Counted from the first letter of the stretch, positions 18,981 through 29,151 are shown. The stretch: 64,000 bases of DNA from Tepidisphaera sp. (GCA_050916045.1 CP051526.1:960001-1024000), one strand, 5' to 3'. The notes: generated from the letters alone by a model not told the origin. Program-made: numbers and translations.

Positions 18981-20278
18981 AAACCCGCGGACGGCTGCTC
19001 GGTCTGCTCGGATGTCTCGCGCTCGTCGCGGGAGGCTGTGTCACGGAAGAGCCCGCCCGTTCCGGCCGCACGCCGCCTCCGAACCCCAAAGCGGCTTTGC
19101 AGCTTCCGTCCGGCCCGGTCGCGTCCCCTTCTCTCTCGGCCCAGCGTTCAACAGCCCGCCTGAGGCTCCAGATCCGCCCGCTCGGCAGCGTTCCATACGA
19201 CGGGCAGGTTCTGCCGCTGGTCTCGCCCGACGCGAGGTTCCTCGCGACGCAGAGCGGCATGGCCCCCTCCTGGGAGATCCTGCTCGCCGCTCCGGGCGAA
19301 CGCTCGGTCCCGTCCTCGAGGCCGCTCGTCAACGACATCACCCAGCAGCCGATGGTCGAGGTTTCGCCAAGCCAGCCCCTGCCCCAGGGCGTCATCCTCG
19401 GTCGTTCCTGCGATACAGCGGGTTATCTCGTCGAGTGTCCGCGCCCCGACGGCTCTCGATGGATTGGCAAAGCCGATTGGATCACAGGCAACATCGGCTG
19501 GGCTGCGAGCGACACGATGGTGAACGCTCACGCGACGCTGACGCAGGACGGCTCGGTCGTCTGGTCCCGTCGACCGGTGAGCGGCGAGAATGCACGGTTC
19601 GACCTGATGGTGAAGTCCTCCGGCGGCGTCACGCGGCTTTCCGATCCTGACTGGTCGTTCATGTTCCCGACGGTCGGCGACGACCCGGGCCTTATCTTTG
19701 CGTTCGCCGTCGGACGCAACTCGATGGACCTGATCGCCGTGCGTCTCGACACCCAGAACGGCCCGCCCCGCTTCGGTGCCGTCGTCAGTCGCCGTGTCTT
19801 CGCCCGCCAAGCCGATGTCGCTCTCGCGTACCAAGCCATCGCTGCCGCTCAGACGCCCCCGCCCACACCCGCCAAGCCGCCCGTCGGCTTGGTCTTCTAC
19901 AACCCCTCCGTCGGCCGCATGTCCGAGTGGGAAGCCAAATCAGGCGCGGTCGCGCTCCTCCCGGAGGAGTCCGTCGCCGCCGTTCGCAGCGCGCTCCTCG
20001 AAGAAGGCGGGTTCTTCGTCACCACCGCCAAGGGGCTCGTCTTCGCTCCCGACCTGGTTGGGCCGGCGATCAAAGCCGACGGCACGCCGAACACCAGACC
20101 CCTGCCCGCGCCGCTCTTTGATGTCCCCAACGTCGCTCGGGCGACTCTCAACCCCGAGGCGCCGATCATCATGGTCGGCCCCCTTCGCGACGCCGCCGCT
20201 CCGCGCCTCGCCGTCATCGCGGCGACAGCCGCGCCGGCCGAGCCAAAGAGCCCCTCATCGCAGAGCACGCCGAAGTAG
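18977..20278 (+). CDS. Lipoprotein, possible beta-propeller, last gene of the T2SS operon
   Basis: Lipobox VAGG-C; SPDARFLA (PD40/TolB-like); overlaps the gspD stop. Confidence 0.55.
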   Translation: MKTRGRLLGLLGCLALVAGGCVTEEPARSGRTPPPNPKAALQLPSGPVASPSLSAQRSTARLRLQIRPLGSVPYDGQVLPLVSPDARFLATQSGMAPSWEILLAAPGERSVPSSRPLVNDITQQPMVEVSPSQPLPQGVILGRSCDTAGYLVECPRPDGSRWIGKADWITGNIGWAASDTMVNAHATLTQDGSVVWSRRPVSGENARFDLMVKSSGGVTRLSDPDWSFMFPTVGDDPGLIFAFAVGRNSMDLIAVRLDTQNGPPRFGAVVSRRVFARQADVALAYQAIAAAQTPPPTPAKPPVGLVFYNPSVGRMSEWEAKSGAVALLPEESVAAVRSALLEEGGFFVTTAKGLVFAPDLVGPAIKADGTPNTRPLPAPLFDVPNVARATLNPEAPIIMVGPLRDAAAPRLAVIAATAAPAEPKSPSSQSTPK

Positions 20279-20301
20279 AGCATTCAAAGAACGCGTCCTT
20301 T

Positions 20302-21234
20302 TCAGCCTTCTCGAGTGGCGACCACCACGCGGTCGTGGCCCTCAAGGTCCCGCACCAGACGGGCGTTCACTAGGCCGGGCGTCGCGCGAGCCAGCTCAAG
20401 CGTCTGCTTGCCCGTCGAAGCCGCGATCTCCACCGCGATCAGTCCCCCCGGACGCAGGAACCGCACGCCGTCGGCGAAAAAGCGGCGGACGAGGTCAAGC
20501 CCGTCCTTGCCGCCCCGCAGCGCGAGCGCCGGCTCGTGGTTCTTGACGTTCGGCTCGACAGCCTCCCACTCGTGGTCGGGGATGTACGGCGGGTTGCTCA
20601 CGAGGTAGTGCAAGCTTCCCTCGGTGCGGGCGACGGCGTGCTTGTCGAGCGCGGCGAGCAGATCCCCCTGCAACAGGTCCATCCGGTCGGAGACGTTGTG
20701 CCGCTTGGCGTTCTCCGCCGCGACCTCGAGAGCTTCCGCCGAGATGTCCGTCGCCACCGCCCGCGCCTTTGGAAGCTGCTTGAGGAGCGTGACCGCGATG
20801 CACCCCGAGCCCGTGCAGATGTCCGCGATGAAGACGCCCTCGCCCGCGTTGGGGCCGGTCGGCCCGCCAAAGCCCGGCGTCGCTCGCGCGTGGTGAAGGA
20901 TCTCGTCGATGATCGTGCTCGTGCTGCTCCGCGGGATGAGCACGCGGCGGTCGACCTTGAACGGCAAGCCGTAGAACCACCCCTCGCCGGTCAGGTACTG
21001 CACCGGCTCATGGTTGAGAGCGCGCTGGACGAGCGACCGGAGCGTCTCGCGTTCGAGCGGCGAGGCGGGGCGGTCCGCTTCCATGTGAAGCTTCAGCCGT
21101 TCGCAGCCGAGCACGTGCGCGAGCAGGATCTCGCTCATGAGGCCGGGCGACTCAAGCCCCTTCTTCGTGAACGCTTGGCGCATCCAGAGAAGAAGCTTGC
21201 GCGTGGTCCAGAGTTCGGGGGCGGCCTGTGTCAC
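20302..21234 (-). CDS. prmC: Release factor glutamine methyltransferase PrmC/HemK
   Basis: EPVQYLTG, VLIPR, DICTGSGCIA, SNPPY, HEPALALRGG.DGL. True start likely GTG 21234, not the ORF-track start. Confidence 0.93.
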   Translation of the reverse strand: MTQAAPELWTTRKLLLWMRQAFTKKGLESPGLMSEILLAHVLGCERLKLHMEADRPASPLERETLRSLVQRALNHEPVQYLTGEGWFYGLPFKVDRRVLIPRSSTSTIIDEILHHARATPGFGGPTGPNAGEGVFIADICTGSGCIAVTLLKQLPKARAVATDISAEALEVAAENAKRHNVSDRMDLLQGDLLAALDKHAVARTEGSLHYLVSNPPYIPDHEWEAVEPNVKNHEPALALRGGKDGLDLVRRFFADGVRFLRPGGLIAVEIAASTGKQTLELARATPGLVNARLVRDLEGHDRVVVATREG

Positions 21235-21300
21235 GAGGGAGGATAGGGCTTCTCGATCCGCACGATTCCGCCCGATTCCTGGCTCGGGTACCCTTGGACC

Positions 21301-21909
21301 GTGACCGACGATGCCCATCCCGCTCGGGAAACCGTCACGTCTTCCGCACGGGCACGCGTCTTCGTCGAGTGCTTGGCTCGGGCGCTCACGGGTGGAGACC
21401 AAGCTTCGGCACGCGACTTCGAGGTCGTCGGCCGCGAGATGCGCAGGGCCCGGCTTCAGCGGGGATTTCCGCAAAGCCCCCGGTACTTCAAGTTCCGAAG
21501 GCTCGCGATCCTGGCGACGGTCCTCTGGGTGCCTGTCTTCTTGGTGCTGCTGATGTTCCAGATCGCCAGAATGCCTTGGGCAAGCGTGGAGTGGGTCTTT
21601 GGCACGATCTCGACCGCCATGCTCAGCCTGCTCTACGCCCCGGTCGTGGTGATCTGCTGGCTTCTCGCGCTCGTGCATCACCGATCCCCGCGCGTCGATC
21701 ACCGGGTCATCATCCGAACCGCGTGCCCAGCCTGCGAGTACGACCTTCGTGGCGTGGCGCCGATGCTGCCGGTGTCCAAGGTCGGCGGGGTGTGGTTGGG
21801 ACCCGAGCGATGCTCCGAGTGCGGCTTGTATTGGCCATTGATTCCCAAAGAGCTTGGCGGGCAGGACGCGGGCGACGCGCCGCAACCGGTCGGCGAGGGA
21901 CGAACGTGA
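21301..21909 (+). CDS. Membrane protein with C-terminal CxxC-YDL...CxECG zinc ribbon
   Basis: Two TM helices, then CPACEYDLRG...GPERCSECG..WPL. Confidence 0.65.
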   Translation: MTDDAHPARETVTSSARARVFVECLARALTGGDQASARDFEVVGREMRRARLQRGFPQSPRYFKFRRLAILATVLWVPVFLVLLMFQIARMPWASVEWVFGTISTAMLSLLYAPVVVICWLLALVHHRSPRVDHRVIIRTACPACEYDLRGVAPMLPVSKVGGVWLGPERCSECGLYWPLIPKELGGQDAGDAPQPVGEGRT

Positions 21910-22493
21910 GCAACGCGGCGAAGAAGATTCTCGTGGAGCGGCCCGAGTGGACGCGGAAGATCGACGAGGCGATCGCGGACGCGAACACCGCAGAAGCCAG
22001 ACGCCGCGTGGAGTTGCTCAGGCGGCTTGCCCGATCGGTCTCGACTCGACGCGACTACTGGAGCAGCGTCAGTTCGGGTGTAGAAGCCGCCGCCACGGCA
22101 CGGGGTCTTGTGCTTGGGTTTGCGATCGCCTTGACGATCATCGCCTTGCTGTTTTACGCCTCGACGGCTTTCTTGAGCACGGGTTTCTTGAGCGCGGTTG
22201 GAATGTGTCTGTCCGTGCCTGTCGGCTTCCTTGCGATCGTGCTTTGGATCATCCTGCTGGCGACCTATCTCAATCTCAATCCAGCCCACCATCGAGTTCT
22301 CGCGCGCGGTGGCCGATGCCCCGACTGCGGCTACGACCTTCGCGGGACGCCCTCGGCTGTCGACCCCTCGGAGCTGGAAGGCGTCAAGATCGGGCCACGG
22401 ACATGCCAGGAGTGCGGGTGCGCGTGGCCTCTGCTCTTTCCACCGGTCCCGGAAGAGGAAAGAGCAACCGTGTTCGTGCGTCGCGGCCCGTGA
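21906..22493 (+). CDS. Membrane protein with C-terminal zinc ribbon, tandem paralog
   Basis: GTG start overlapping the previous stop; two TM helices; CPDCGYDLRG...GPRTCQECG..WPL. Confidence 0.65.
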   Translation: MSNAAKKILVERPEWTRKIDEAIADANTAEARRRVELLRRLARSVSTRRDYWSSVSSGVEAAATARGLVLGFAIALTIIALLFYASTAFLSTGFLSAVGMCLSVPVGFLAIVLWIILLATYLNLNPAHHRVLARGGRCPDCGYDLRGTPSAVDPSELEGVKIGPRTCQECGCAWPLLFPPVPEEERATVFVRRGP

Positions 22494-22503
22494 GCACCCG
22501 AAC

Positions 22504-24351
22504 TCAGCAGTCACCTTCTTCGAGAGCGGTGACGAAAGCGTCGTAGTCGAAGAAATCCACGAACCCGTCCTGCGTGAAGTCCACCGACCCGCCGTTGCAG
22601 TCAAAGCCCTCGTAGCACTCGACGAACGCGGTGTAGTCGGCGAAGTCGCTGAAGCCGTCGCGGTTGAAGTCGGTCGCGCAGCGCTTCGGGCGGACAACGA
22701 ACTGGCTGACGATCTGCGGCTGACGTCCCGTGATGGAAGCGGGGTTCGCCAGCAGCTGATTCTCGGTGTACCAGTCGATGCCGTACGTCGTGACAAGGAG
22801 GTTCTGAGACTCGGCGTCGACCTGGAAATCTGTCCAGCCATACGTGTTGGTGGCCGTGTACCCGCCGACGAGCAACGTGGCGTCGATCGATGAGCCTTGG
22901 AGGCCCATCAGCGGGTAGCCCAAGGGCTGGATCTGAGCGTTGATGACGCCCTCGATGTAGGCCTCCTTGGTGGCAAGCGGGAGCGAGGCGTACACCGCCG
23001 GCGGCAGCGCGCCGGGGATACCCAGGTTGAACGCGATCTCAGCGACCGTGGGGCCGAACGGAGCGTCGAACGCCAGCGACCCCGTGGTGATCTCGAACGC
23101 GCCGGTCGGGATCTGCGGGCCGAACGGGCGGGTCTGGTAGGTCAGGTCGTTGACCAGTGTGCCATGGATGTCAGCCGACACGAACACGACGTTCTTGATG
23201 CCGTTGGTGGCGATAAAGTCCAGAATGATCGCCCGCTCAGCGGCGTAGCCCTCGAACCGGTCGGACGCGTTCAGAACACCCAGGTTCTGGATCGGCTCGG
23301 GCACCATCACGAACTTCCACGTCACGTTGTTCTGCTCAGCCACCGCGAGGTCGCCGAGAAGATCAGCCAGCTGCCGGAACGAGAGCATGGTCCGGGCGGG
23401 GTTGTACGCGGCGATGAGGTACTGGATCACCGAGTTCTGATCGAGCGGGTTGGCCGCGGGAAGGCCCTCGTCGCGGAAGCTCCGCGCGTCGAGCATGATG
23501 ATGGCGGCATCGCGACCGAAGGTGCGCGACCGGTAGAGCTCCGGGCGGTCGTCGGTCCGGGCATCGCCGATGGTCGCGTAGCGCAGGTCCTCGATGGGGT
23601 TGAACTCGGTGAACGCGCGGAGTCCGTCACGGTACCACTCGGAATTGTTCACCAGAGGCCCGGTCTGCCCGGTGAATCGCGCGTCGCTCGCGATGGGCGC
23701 CCCGCCCTGGAAGTCGTTGGTGACTTCATGGTCGTCGATGGTGGCGAAGGTCAAGGTCGAGGACCGCACGTCCGCGAGCACGTTGAGCCCGAACCGGCTG
23801 GAATACACCTCGTTGTTCTTGGCGCGGAACTCAGCGAGGGTCGTGCACTGGGCGAGCGGCACCGCGGGCGAGGGGAAGTCCGCGTAGACCGTGTCGCCGA
23901 GGGCCACGAAAGCGTCAAGGGCGAGATCCGCCGCGTTGCGCACACCGGGGTACGGGGCCAGCTCGCCGCGCCAGTCGCCGGTGACACCCATGCGGAAGCC
24001 GACCGTGCCAGAAGCAAGGGCTGCGGGAGTCTTGAATGTTCCCGTCGCCGAGCCCCCAACCGAATCGAGAGCGCTGTAGAAATAACGTGTGCCCGGCACA
24101 AGTCCCGTCGCCGTGAACTTGGCGGGTACAGCGGAACTCGCGGCGTGAACGTTCTGCGTGAGGACGATGTTCGTGAAGCCGGCGTCAAGGGCGACCGTGA
24201 ACGTCACGTTGCCCACCGCGACGTCCTTGGCCCAGAGCACGCAGGTTTGGCCGCGTGCGTCGCCCGCAGCCACCGTGATGGGCAGCGGGTCGCCCAAGCG
24301 GGCAGCCAAACCTGACGCACACACGATCGACGCGACGCTCATCAGGACCAT
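22504..24351 (-). CDS. phoD: PhoD-family alkaline phosphatase with C-terminal GC-type dockerin
   Basis: VAAGD..VLW N-domain; LGDTVYAD, DDHEV.ND, LDARSFRD, SADIH metal motifs; C-terminal CATDFNRDGFSDFADY...DFTQDGFVDFFDYDAFV..LEEGDC; AGGAGG RBS. Confidence 0.88.
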   Translation of the reverse strand: MVLMSVASIVCASGLAARLGDPLPITVAAGDARGQTCVLWAKDVAVGNVTFTVALDAGFTNIVLTQNVHAASSAVPAKFTATGLVPGTRYFYSALDSVGGSATGTFKTPAALASGTVGFRMGVTGDWRGELAPYPGVRNAADLALDAFVALGDTVYADFPSPAVPLAQCTTLAEFRAKNNEVYSSRFGLNVLADVRSSTLTFATIDDHEVTNDFQGGAPIASDARFTGQTGPLVNNSEWYRDGLRAFTEFNPIEDLRYATIGDARTDDRPELYRSRTFGRDAAIIMLDARSFRDEGLPAANPLDQNSVIQYLIAAYNPARTMLSFRQLADLLGDLAVAEQNNVTWKFVMVPEPIQNLGVLNASDRFEGYAAERAIILDFIATNGIKNVVFVSADIHGTLVNDLTYQTRPFGPQIPTGAFEITTGSLAFDAPFGPTVAEIAFNLGIPGALPPAVYASLPLATKEAYIEGVINAQIQPLGYPLMGLQGSSIDATLLVGGYTATNTYGWTDFQVDAESQNLLVTTYGIDWYTENQLLANPASITGRQPQIVSQFVVRPKRCATDFNRDGFSDFADYTAFVECYEGFDCNGGSVDFTQDGFVDFFDYDAFVTALEEGDC

Positions 24352-24462
24352 GGGGAACCTCCTACGCGGGGCATGCCGCAGAAGCTATGGTCGCAGGCGG
24401 CTGTTCGGCCGATGGCAAGACTCGATTCGAAATGCATCAAGGTTGAAGACCGGGCCAGCCGG

Positions 24463-27417
24463 TTATTTGCCCTCAAACCAGTTCCGTCCGATGTGAGCAT
24501 CCACCTTCACCGGTACGCTGAGCGTCATCGCGCCCTCCATGGCTTTCACCATCCGGGCCCGGACGTGCTCCGCGTTGGCTTCGGGGCACTCAAACACCAG
24601 TTCGTCGTGGATCTGGAGCAGCATCTTGCCTTCTTCTCGCGTCCCCCCCGTCGTGGGCGCTTGGGCGTAGAGCGCGACCATCGCGACCTTGATGAGGTCC
24701 GCCGCCGACCCCTGCACCACAGAGTTGATCGCCGTCCGTTCGGCGAAGGACCGGCGGCTTGGGTTGTTGCTGTCGATGTCCGGGATCGGACGGCGCCGCT
24801 TGAGGATCGTCTCGACGTACCCGAAGCGGCGGGCTTGCTCGACGCACTCGTGCAGGAACGTCGTGATCCCTGAGAATCGCTTCTTGTACCCGGAGATGAT
24901 CGTCTCAGCTTCTCCGTTGGAAACCCCGAGCCTTCGTGCCAGGCCGAACGCCGTGATCCCGTAGACGATGCCGAAGTTGACCATCTTCGCGCCCGACCGC
25001 ATCTCCTTTGTGACCTGGTCGAGCGGCACGCCATTGATCTGCGCCGCGACCTGCTGGTGGATGTCCTGCCCGGTCATGAAGGCTTCGATCAGGTTCGGGT
25101 CCCGCGAGAGGTGAGCAAGCAGGCGGAGCTCGATCTGCGAATAGTCCGCGGTCACGAGCACATGCCCCGGAGCCGCGACGAAAGCTCGGCGGATCTCGCG
25201 GCCGGCTTCCGTGCGGATCGGGATGTTCTGAAGGTTCGGGTCGCTGCTCGCCAAGCGGCCCGTCGCCGCGACCGTCTGGTGAAAGCTCGTGTGCACGCGG
25301 CCTGTGCGGGGGTTGATCTCCTCTCGGAGCGCGACGAGGTACGTCGAGACGAGCTTGCTGAACTGCCGATACTCGAGAATCAGCCGCGGGATCGGCGTCG
25401 CGAGCGAAGCATCCTCGCCAAGCTCCTCCAGCACCTCCGCGTCCGTCGAGTACCCCGTCTTGGTCTTCTTGGTCGGCTTGATGCCAAGCCCGGGCACATC
25501 GTCCTCCGGCTTGTTGAAAAGCACCGACGCGAGCTGCTTGGGGCTGTTGGGGTCAAACTTCCGTCCGATCGCTTTGACCGCTTCCGCGTCGAGCTTGTCC
25601 AGAATCTCGTTGATCTTGGTCTGAAGCCTGCGACGCTGCCGCTCGAGCTCATCCCCGTCCACCGTGATGCCGTTGTACTCCATCTCCGCGAGCACCGCGA
25701 CCAGCGGGCCCTCGACCTTGTCGTAAAGCTCCATCAAGCCCATGGCGCGAAGCTGCGGCAGCATCACCTCGCGCAGGTGAAGCGTCAGGTCCGCGTCCGC
25801 CGCAGCGTACGGCAGCGCGTCGTCGATCCCGACTTCGACGAACGACCTCTGGTACTTACCTGAGCCGATGAGCTCGGAGATCGACTGCTTGCCACGAGAG
25901 AGAATGGCTTCCGAAAGCGATTCAAGCCCGTGCGAGGACCGCGAGGCATCGATGAGGTACGACCCGACCATCGAGTCAAACGAGACACCCGCGAGCTCAA
26001 CGCCCGCGTTGCGGAAGATCAGCAGGTCGTACTTGATGTTGTGGCCGCACTTGGGCCGCGCCGCATCCTCAAGCACCCCGCGCAGCACCGAGAGCACCGT
26101 CGCTTCGTCCATGTGCCGCTCGGGAGTGGGGGAGCGCACGGGGATGTACACGCCCGTGCCCACCTTGGTCGACAGGCTGATCCCGCAGAGCTTGGCCTTC
26201 ATCGGCGCAAGCTCGGTCGTCTCCGTGTCGATCGCGATGATTTCCGCCGCTTTGAGCTCCAGAACGAGGTCCTCAAGCTGCGAGCGGGTCGTGATGAGTG
26301 CGTAGTCCCCCAGCGCCGGCCTCGCTTCTGTGGAGGGGCTCGTCGACACGCTTCCAAAGAGCGATTCGTGCGCGGGAACGGCTCCCCGCTGGGAAGCGAT
26401 GCTCTTCGCGGGCGTCTCCCCGCGTTCATCCTTCACCCGCTTGACCTCAAAGACGACGTCCGGCATGACCAGCGCGGGAGCGCCCGCCTGCGGCGTGCGG
26501 CCGGAGCCTTCCATGAGCGCACGAACCTCGTCCTGGTACCGGTTGAACCCGAGCGTCTTGCAGAGCGGGATCAGCCGCTCGAGCGCCAGCCGGGATGTGC
26601 GCGCCGAATCGAGCGTGAAGTCGAGCGGGACATCCTCGCGAAGCGTGATGAGCTTCCGGGTGATCTCGGCTTTGGGGATCCACGCGCGGATGTTCTCGCC
26701 GCGTTTGCCCTTGATCGTCTCGGCGGCCGCGATGACCCCCTCGACGGATCCGTACTCCTTCACCAGCGCCGCCGCGGTCTTCTCGCCCACGCCGACGATC
26801 CCCGGCACGTTGTCGGACGTGTCCCCCATCAGGATGAGCAGGTCCTTGACCTGAGCGGGTGTGATCCCGAGGTCGGCCATGAGCGTCGCGGGCGTGATGG
26901 CTTCGTCGTTGTGGACGTCGAAGAGCTCGACGCGGTCGCCCATGAGCTGCTTGAGGTCCTTGTCCTTGCTGACGATCCGGATCGCGATTTCGGGGTGTTC
27001 TTTCTCGATTGTGCGCACAAGCGTGGCGATTACGTCGTCGGCTTCGAACCCCTCCCTTCCCAGAAGCGGGACGCCGATCTCCTTGAGGACCGCGATGCAG
27101 CGATCGACCTGCACGAAGAGGTCGTCCGGCGGCGGGGGCCGGTTCATCTTGTAGTTGGGGTCGATCTCGGACCGGAACGTGCCGGTGTCGGAGGAGACGT
27201 CGAGCGCGACGGCAACGTACGCGGGCGGGCCGCCGAGCTTGCCTTGGCCGCGCAAAAGCTTGAGCATCATCCCGAGGAACCCGAACGTCATGTTCGTCGG
27301 CTCTTTGGTGACGGGCGAGGTCAGGGGCGATCGGATGGCGTGATACGCCCGGAAAAACTGGGCGTACCCGTCGATGATGTAGAGGGTGGGGCGCGTTTCG
27401 GACCGGTGTTCAGCCAT
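24463..27417 (-). CDS. polA: DNA polymerase I
   Basis: 5'-exo IDGY..FRAYHA, EADDVI, GDTSDNVPG; 3'-exo DTETT, GHNIKYD, YAAADA; pol motifs DYSQIELR, KMVNFGIVYG, QIHDEL. Confidence 0.98.
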   Translation of the reverse strand: MAEHRSETRPTLYIIDGYAQFFRAYHAIRSPLTSPVTKEPTNMTFGFLGMMLKLLRGQGKLGGPPAYVAVALDVSSDTGTFRSEIDPNYKMNRPPPPDDLFVQVDRCIAVLKEIGVPLLGREGFEADDVIATLVRTIEKEHPEIAIRIVSKDKDLKQLMGDRVELFDVHNDEAITPATLMADLGITPAQVKDLLILMGDTSDNVPGIVGVGEKTAAALVKEYGSVEGVIAAAETIKGKRGENIRAWIPKAEITRKLITLREDVPLDFTLDSARTSRLALERLIPLCKTLGFNRYQDEVRALMEGSGRTPQAGAPALVMPDVVFEVKRVKDERGETPAKSIASQRGAVPAHESLFGSVSTSPSTEARPALGDYALITTRSQLEDLVLELKAAEIIAIDTETTELAPMKAKLCGISLSTKVGTGVYIPVRSPTPERHMDEATVLSVLRGVLEDAARPKCGHNIKYDLLIFRNAGVELAGVSFDSMVGSYLIDASRSSHGLESLSEAILSRGKQSISELIGSGKYQRSFVEVGIDDALPYAAADADLTLHLREVMLPQLRAMGLMELYDKVEGPLVAVLAEMEYNGITVDGDELERQRRRLQTKINEILDKLDAEAVKAIGRKFDPNSPKQLASVLFNKPEDDVPGLGIKPTKKTKTGYSTDAEVLEELGEDASLATPIPRLILEYRQFSKLVSTYLVALREEINPRTGRVHTSFHQTVAATGRLASSDPNLQNIPIRTEAGREIRRAFVAAPGHVLVTADYSQIELRLLAHLSRDPNLIEAFMTGQDIHQQVAAQINGVPLDQVTKEMRSGAKMVNFGIVYGITAFGLARRLGVSNGEAETIISGYKKRFSGITTFLHECVEQARRFGYVETILKRRRPIPDIDSNNPSRRSFAERTAINSVVQGSAADLIKVAMVALYAQAPTTGGTREEGKMLLQIHDELVFECPEANAEHVRARMVKAMEGAMTLSVPVKVDAHIGRNWFEGK

Positions 27418-27441
27418 CGCGGAGCATCCCTTCGGACAACA

Positions 27442-28701
27442 TCACGCCCCGCCGCCCGAAAGGTCCTTGACGCGGGCTTCGTACACCGCGGTGGGCGTCA
27501 CCTTGCGCCGGCCCATCATCGCCCGAGCGGTCTCCATGAACTTGTCGTGTCGGAAGACCTTGGGTGAGGGGCTCGCGTCCGTGCTCCACGCGAACCGCGG
27601 CGTCGTGCCGGTAATAGGCGCGGTCTGGGCGAACATCCCGCCGGTCTGCAGGATCGCGCCGGTCATGATCCGCGTGCCGATCGCGGTCTTCACGTGGTCG
27701 CCGGCGATCATGCCCAGGAACTGCAATCCCGTGCGTTCATTGCTTCCGCCCGGGGTCTTCGCGACCACCTCGCCGTAGGTGTTGAGGAGGTTGCTGTTGA
27801 CGGTCCCCGCGCCGAGGTTCACCCACTCGCCCAGCCAGGAATCACCCAGGTGTCCATCGTGGCCCTTGTTGCTGTAGCCCTGCATGATGGTACCGCCGAT
27901 CTCGCCGGCGGCTTTGCACCAAGGGCCGATCGCGGTGTGGGCTTTGATGAGGGCTTTGTCGAGCACCGTCGCGTGCTCACCGATGTACGCGGGTCCGGAG
28001 ATGGTGGCACCGGGCCGGATGGTTGCGTGGGCCGCGATGACGATGGGGCCTGCTTCCATGTCGAGCGTCACGCCGGGATAGACGACGGCGGTGGGGTCGA
28101 TCGACTGCGGGTGCTCACCGATGCCGAGCACGCCCGGGGGCAGTTCCCGCTCCGCCGGCTTGCGGAGCAGTTCGAGATCGATGTCGATGCACCGATCGCG
28201 GAACGTGATCACGTGCCAGGGCCGGGAGAGCAGCGCCGGTGCCGGCTGCTCGCCGCTGACCGGAACGGGAAGCGATCCGGTCTGGAGGAACTCGCGGAAC
28301 TCCGCGGGCTCAAGGACCGCGGCGATGAGGTGGTTGGATCCGGCTTCCACGATCGCCTGCCCGGGCTCGAGCGAAAGGATGAAGTCGTACGGGAGGGCGC
28401 AGCGGCCGTTGATGAACAGCCGGGGTTCGGAGGTGCGCGGGAGGGAGTTGATCGCGACGGGGCGGTCGGGCTCGTCCAGCATCGTGCGAGCGAGCGCGAA
28501 CGACGGCTGATCGGCGTGACGCTCGCGGGTGAGATCGGCCAGCGCCGGGGGCACCATCAGCGAGACCGGCACCAGACCAAGGGAAAGGCAAAGCCGCTCC
28601 AGCGTCGTCAGCGCGCCCGTCCGGACGTCAAACGACGCCCGCAGGTCCGTCAACGGTGCAAGCAGCCCAAGACCATCATCGAAAAAGATCGCCTCCGTCA
28701 T
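27442..28701 (-). CDS. Putative sugar nucleotidyltransferase / GlmU-like with left-handed beta-helix
   Basis: FFDD..LAPLT.LR..FDVRTG N-terminus; hexapeptide repeats; SNKGHDGHLGDSWLGEWVNLGAGT.NSNL.N.YG; GDHVKTAI. Confidence 0.85.
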   Translation of the reverse strand: MTEAIFFDDGLGLLAPLTDLRASFDVRTGALTTLERLCLSLGLVPVSLMVPPALADLTRERHADQPSFALARTMLDEPDRPVAINSLPRTSEPRLFINGRCALPYDFILSLEPGQAIVEAGSNHLIAAVLEPAEFREFLQTGSLPVPVSGEQPAPALLSRPWHVITFRDRCIDIDLELLRKPAERELPPGVLGIGEHPQSIDPTAVVYPGVTLDMEAGPIVIAAHATIRPGATISGPAYIGEHATVLDKALIKAHTAIGPWCKAAGEIGGTIMQGYSNKGHDGHLGDSWLGEWVNLGAGTVNSNLLNTYGEVVAKTPGGSNERTGLQFLGMIAGDHVKTAIGTRIMTGAILQTGGMFAQTAPITGTTPRFAWSTDASPSPKVFRHDKFMETARAMMGRRKVTPTAVYEARVKDLSGGGA

Positions 28702-28773
28702 GCCGGGCAGTGTAACGCGCCAGTGAGGGTCTTCGCTTGGGCCCGGATTCCTGCTTGTTGAGGGGGCTTTGCT

Positions 28774-29043
28774 TCACATGGTCGGTGTCGGGTTGGGCGG
28801 CATGGGCCCGGGAGCGGGGAGTGGCACGGGGGTGGTGCCGGGATCCGGGCCGGGGATCGGTGAGGGACCGCGGTCCGGATTGGGCTCAGGCCGCGAGGGA
28901 GCGGGCCGCGGGGGGAGGGTCGGCGAGGGGGGCGGCGAGCCGGGAGGGGCGTGAGGGGGCACGGAAGGCTGGTTGGGGAGTGGTTCCGGCGGGGTCGCCG
29001 GGAGGGGCGAGGGAAAGGGGTTCGGCAAAGGTGTTTGTGACAA
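28774..29043 (-). CDS. Small, extremely proline-rich protein (40/89 Pro)
   Basis: TTG start with GGAGA 7 nt upstream; co-oriented between mreD and the GlmU-like gene and fills the gap. Confidence 0.45.
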   Translation of the reverse strand: MSQTPLPNPFPSPLPATPPEPLPNQPSVPPHAPPGSPPPSPTLPPRPAPSRPEPNPDRGPSPIPGPDPGTTPVPLPAPGPMPPNPTPTM

Positions 29044-29151
29044 ACTCGTGTCTCCGCAAGCCGGGTCGCGATGTGCGAACCCTGCTTGCGATGAGCATCG
29101 TGCGTCATTGCTTCCGCCGACTGAAAGCCTGATGAGGCGACCTTCGCGCTG

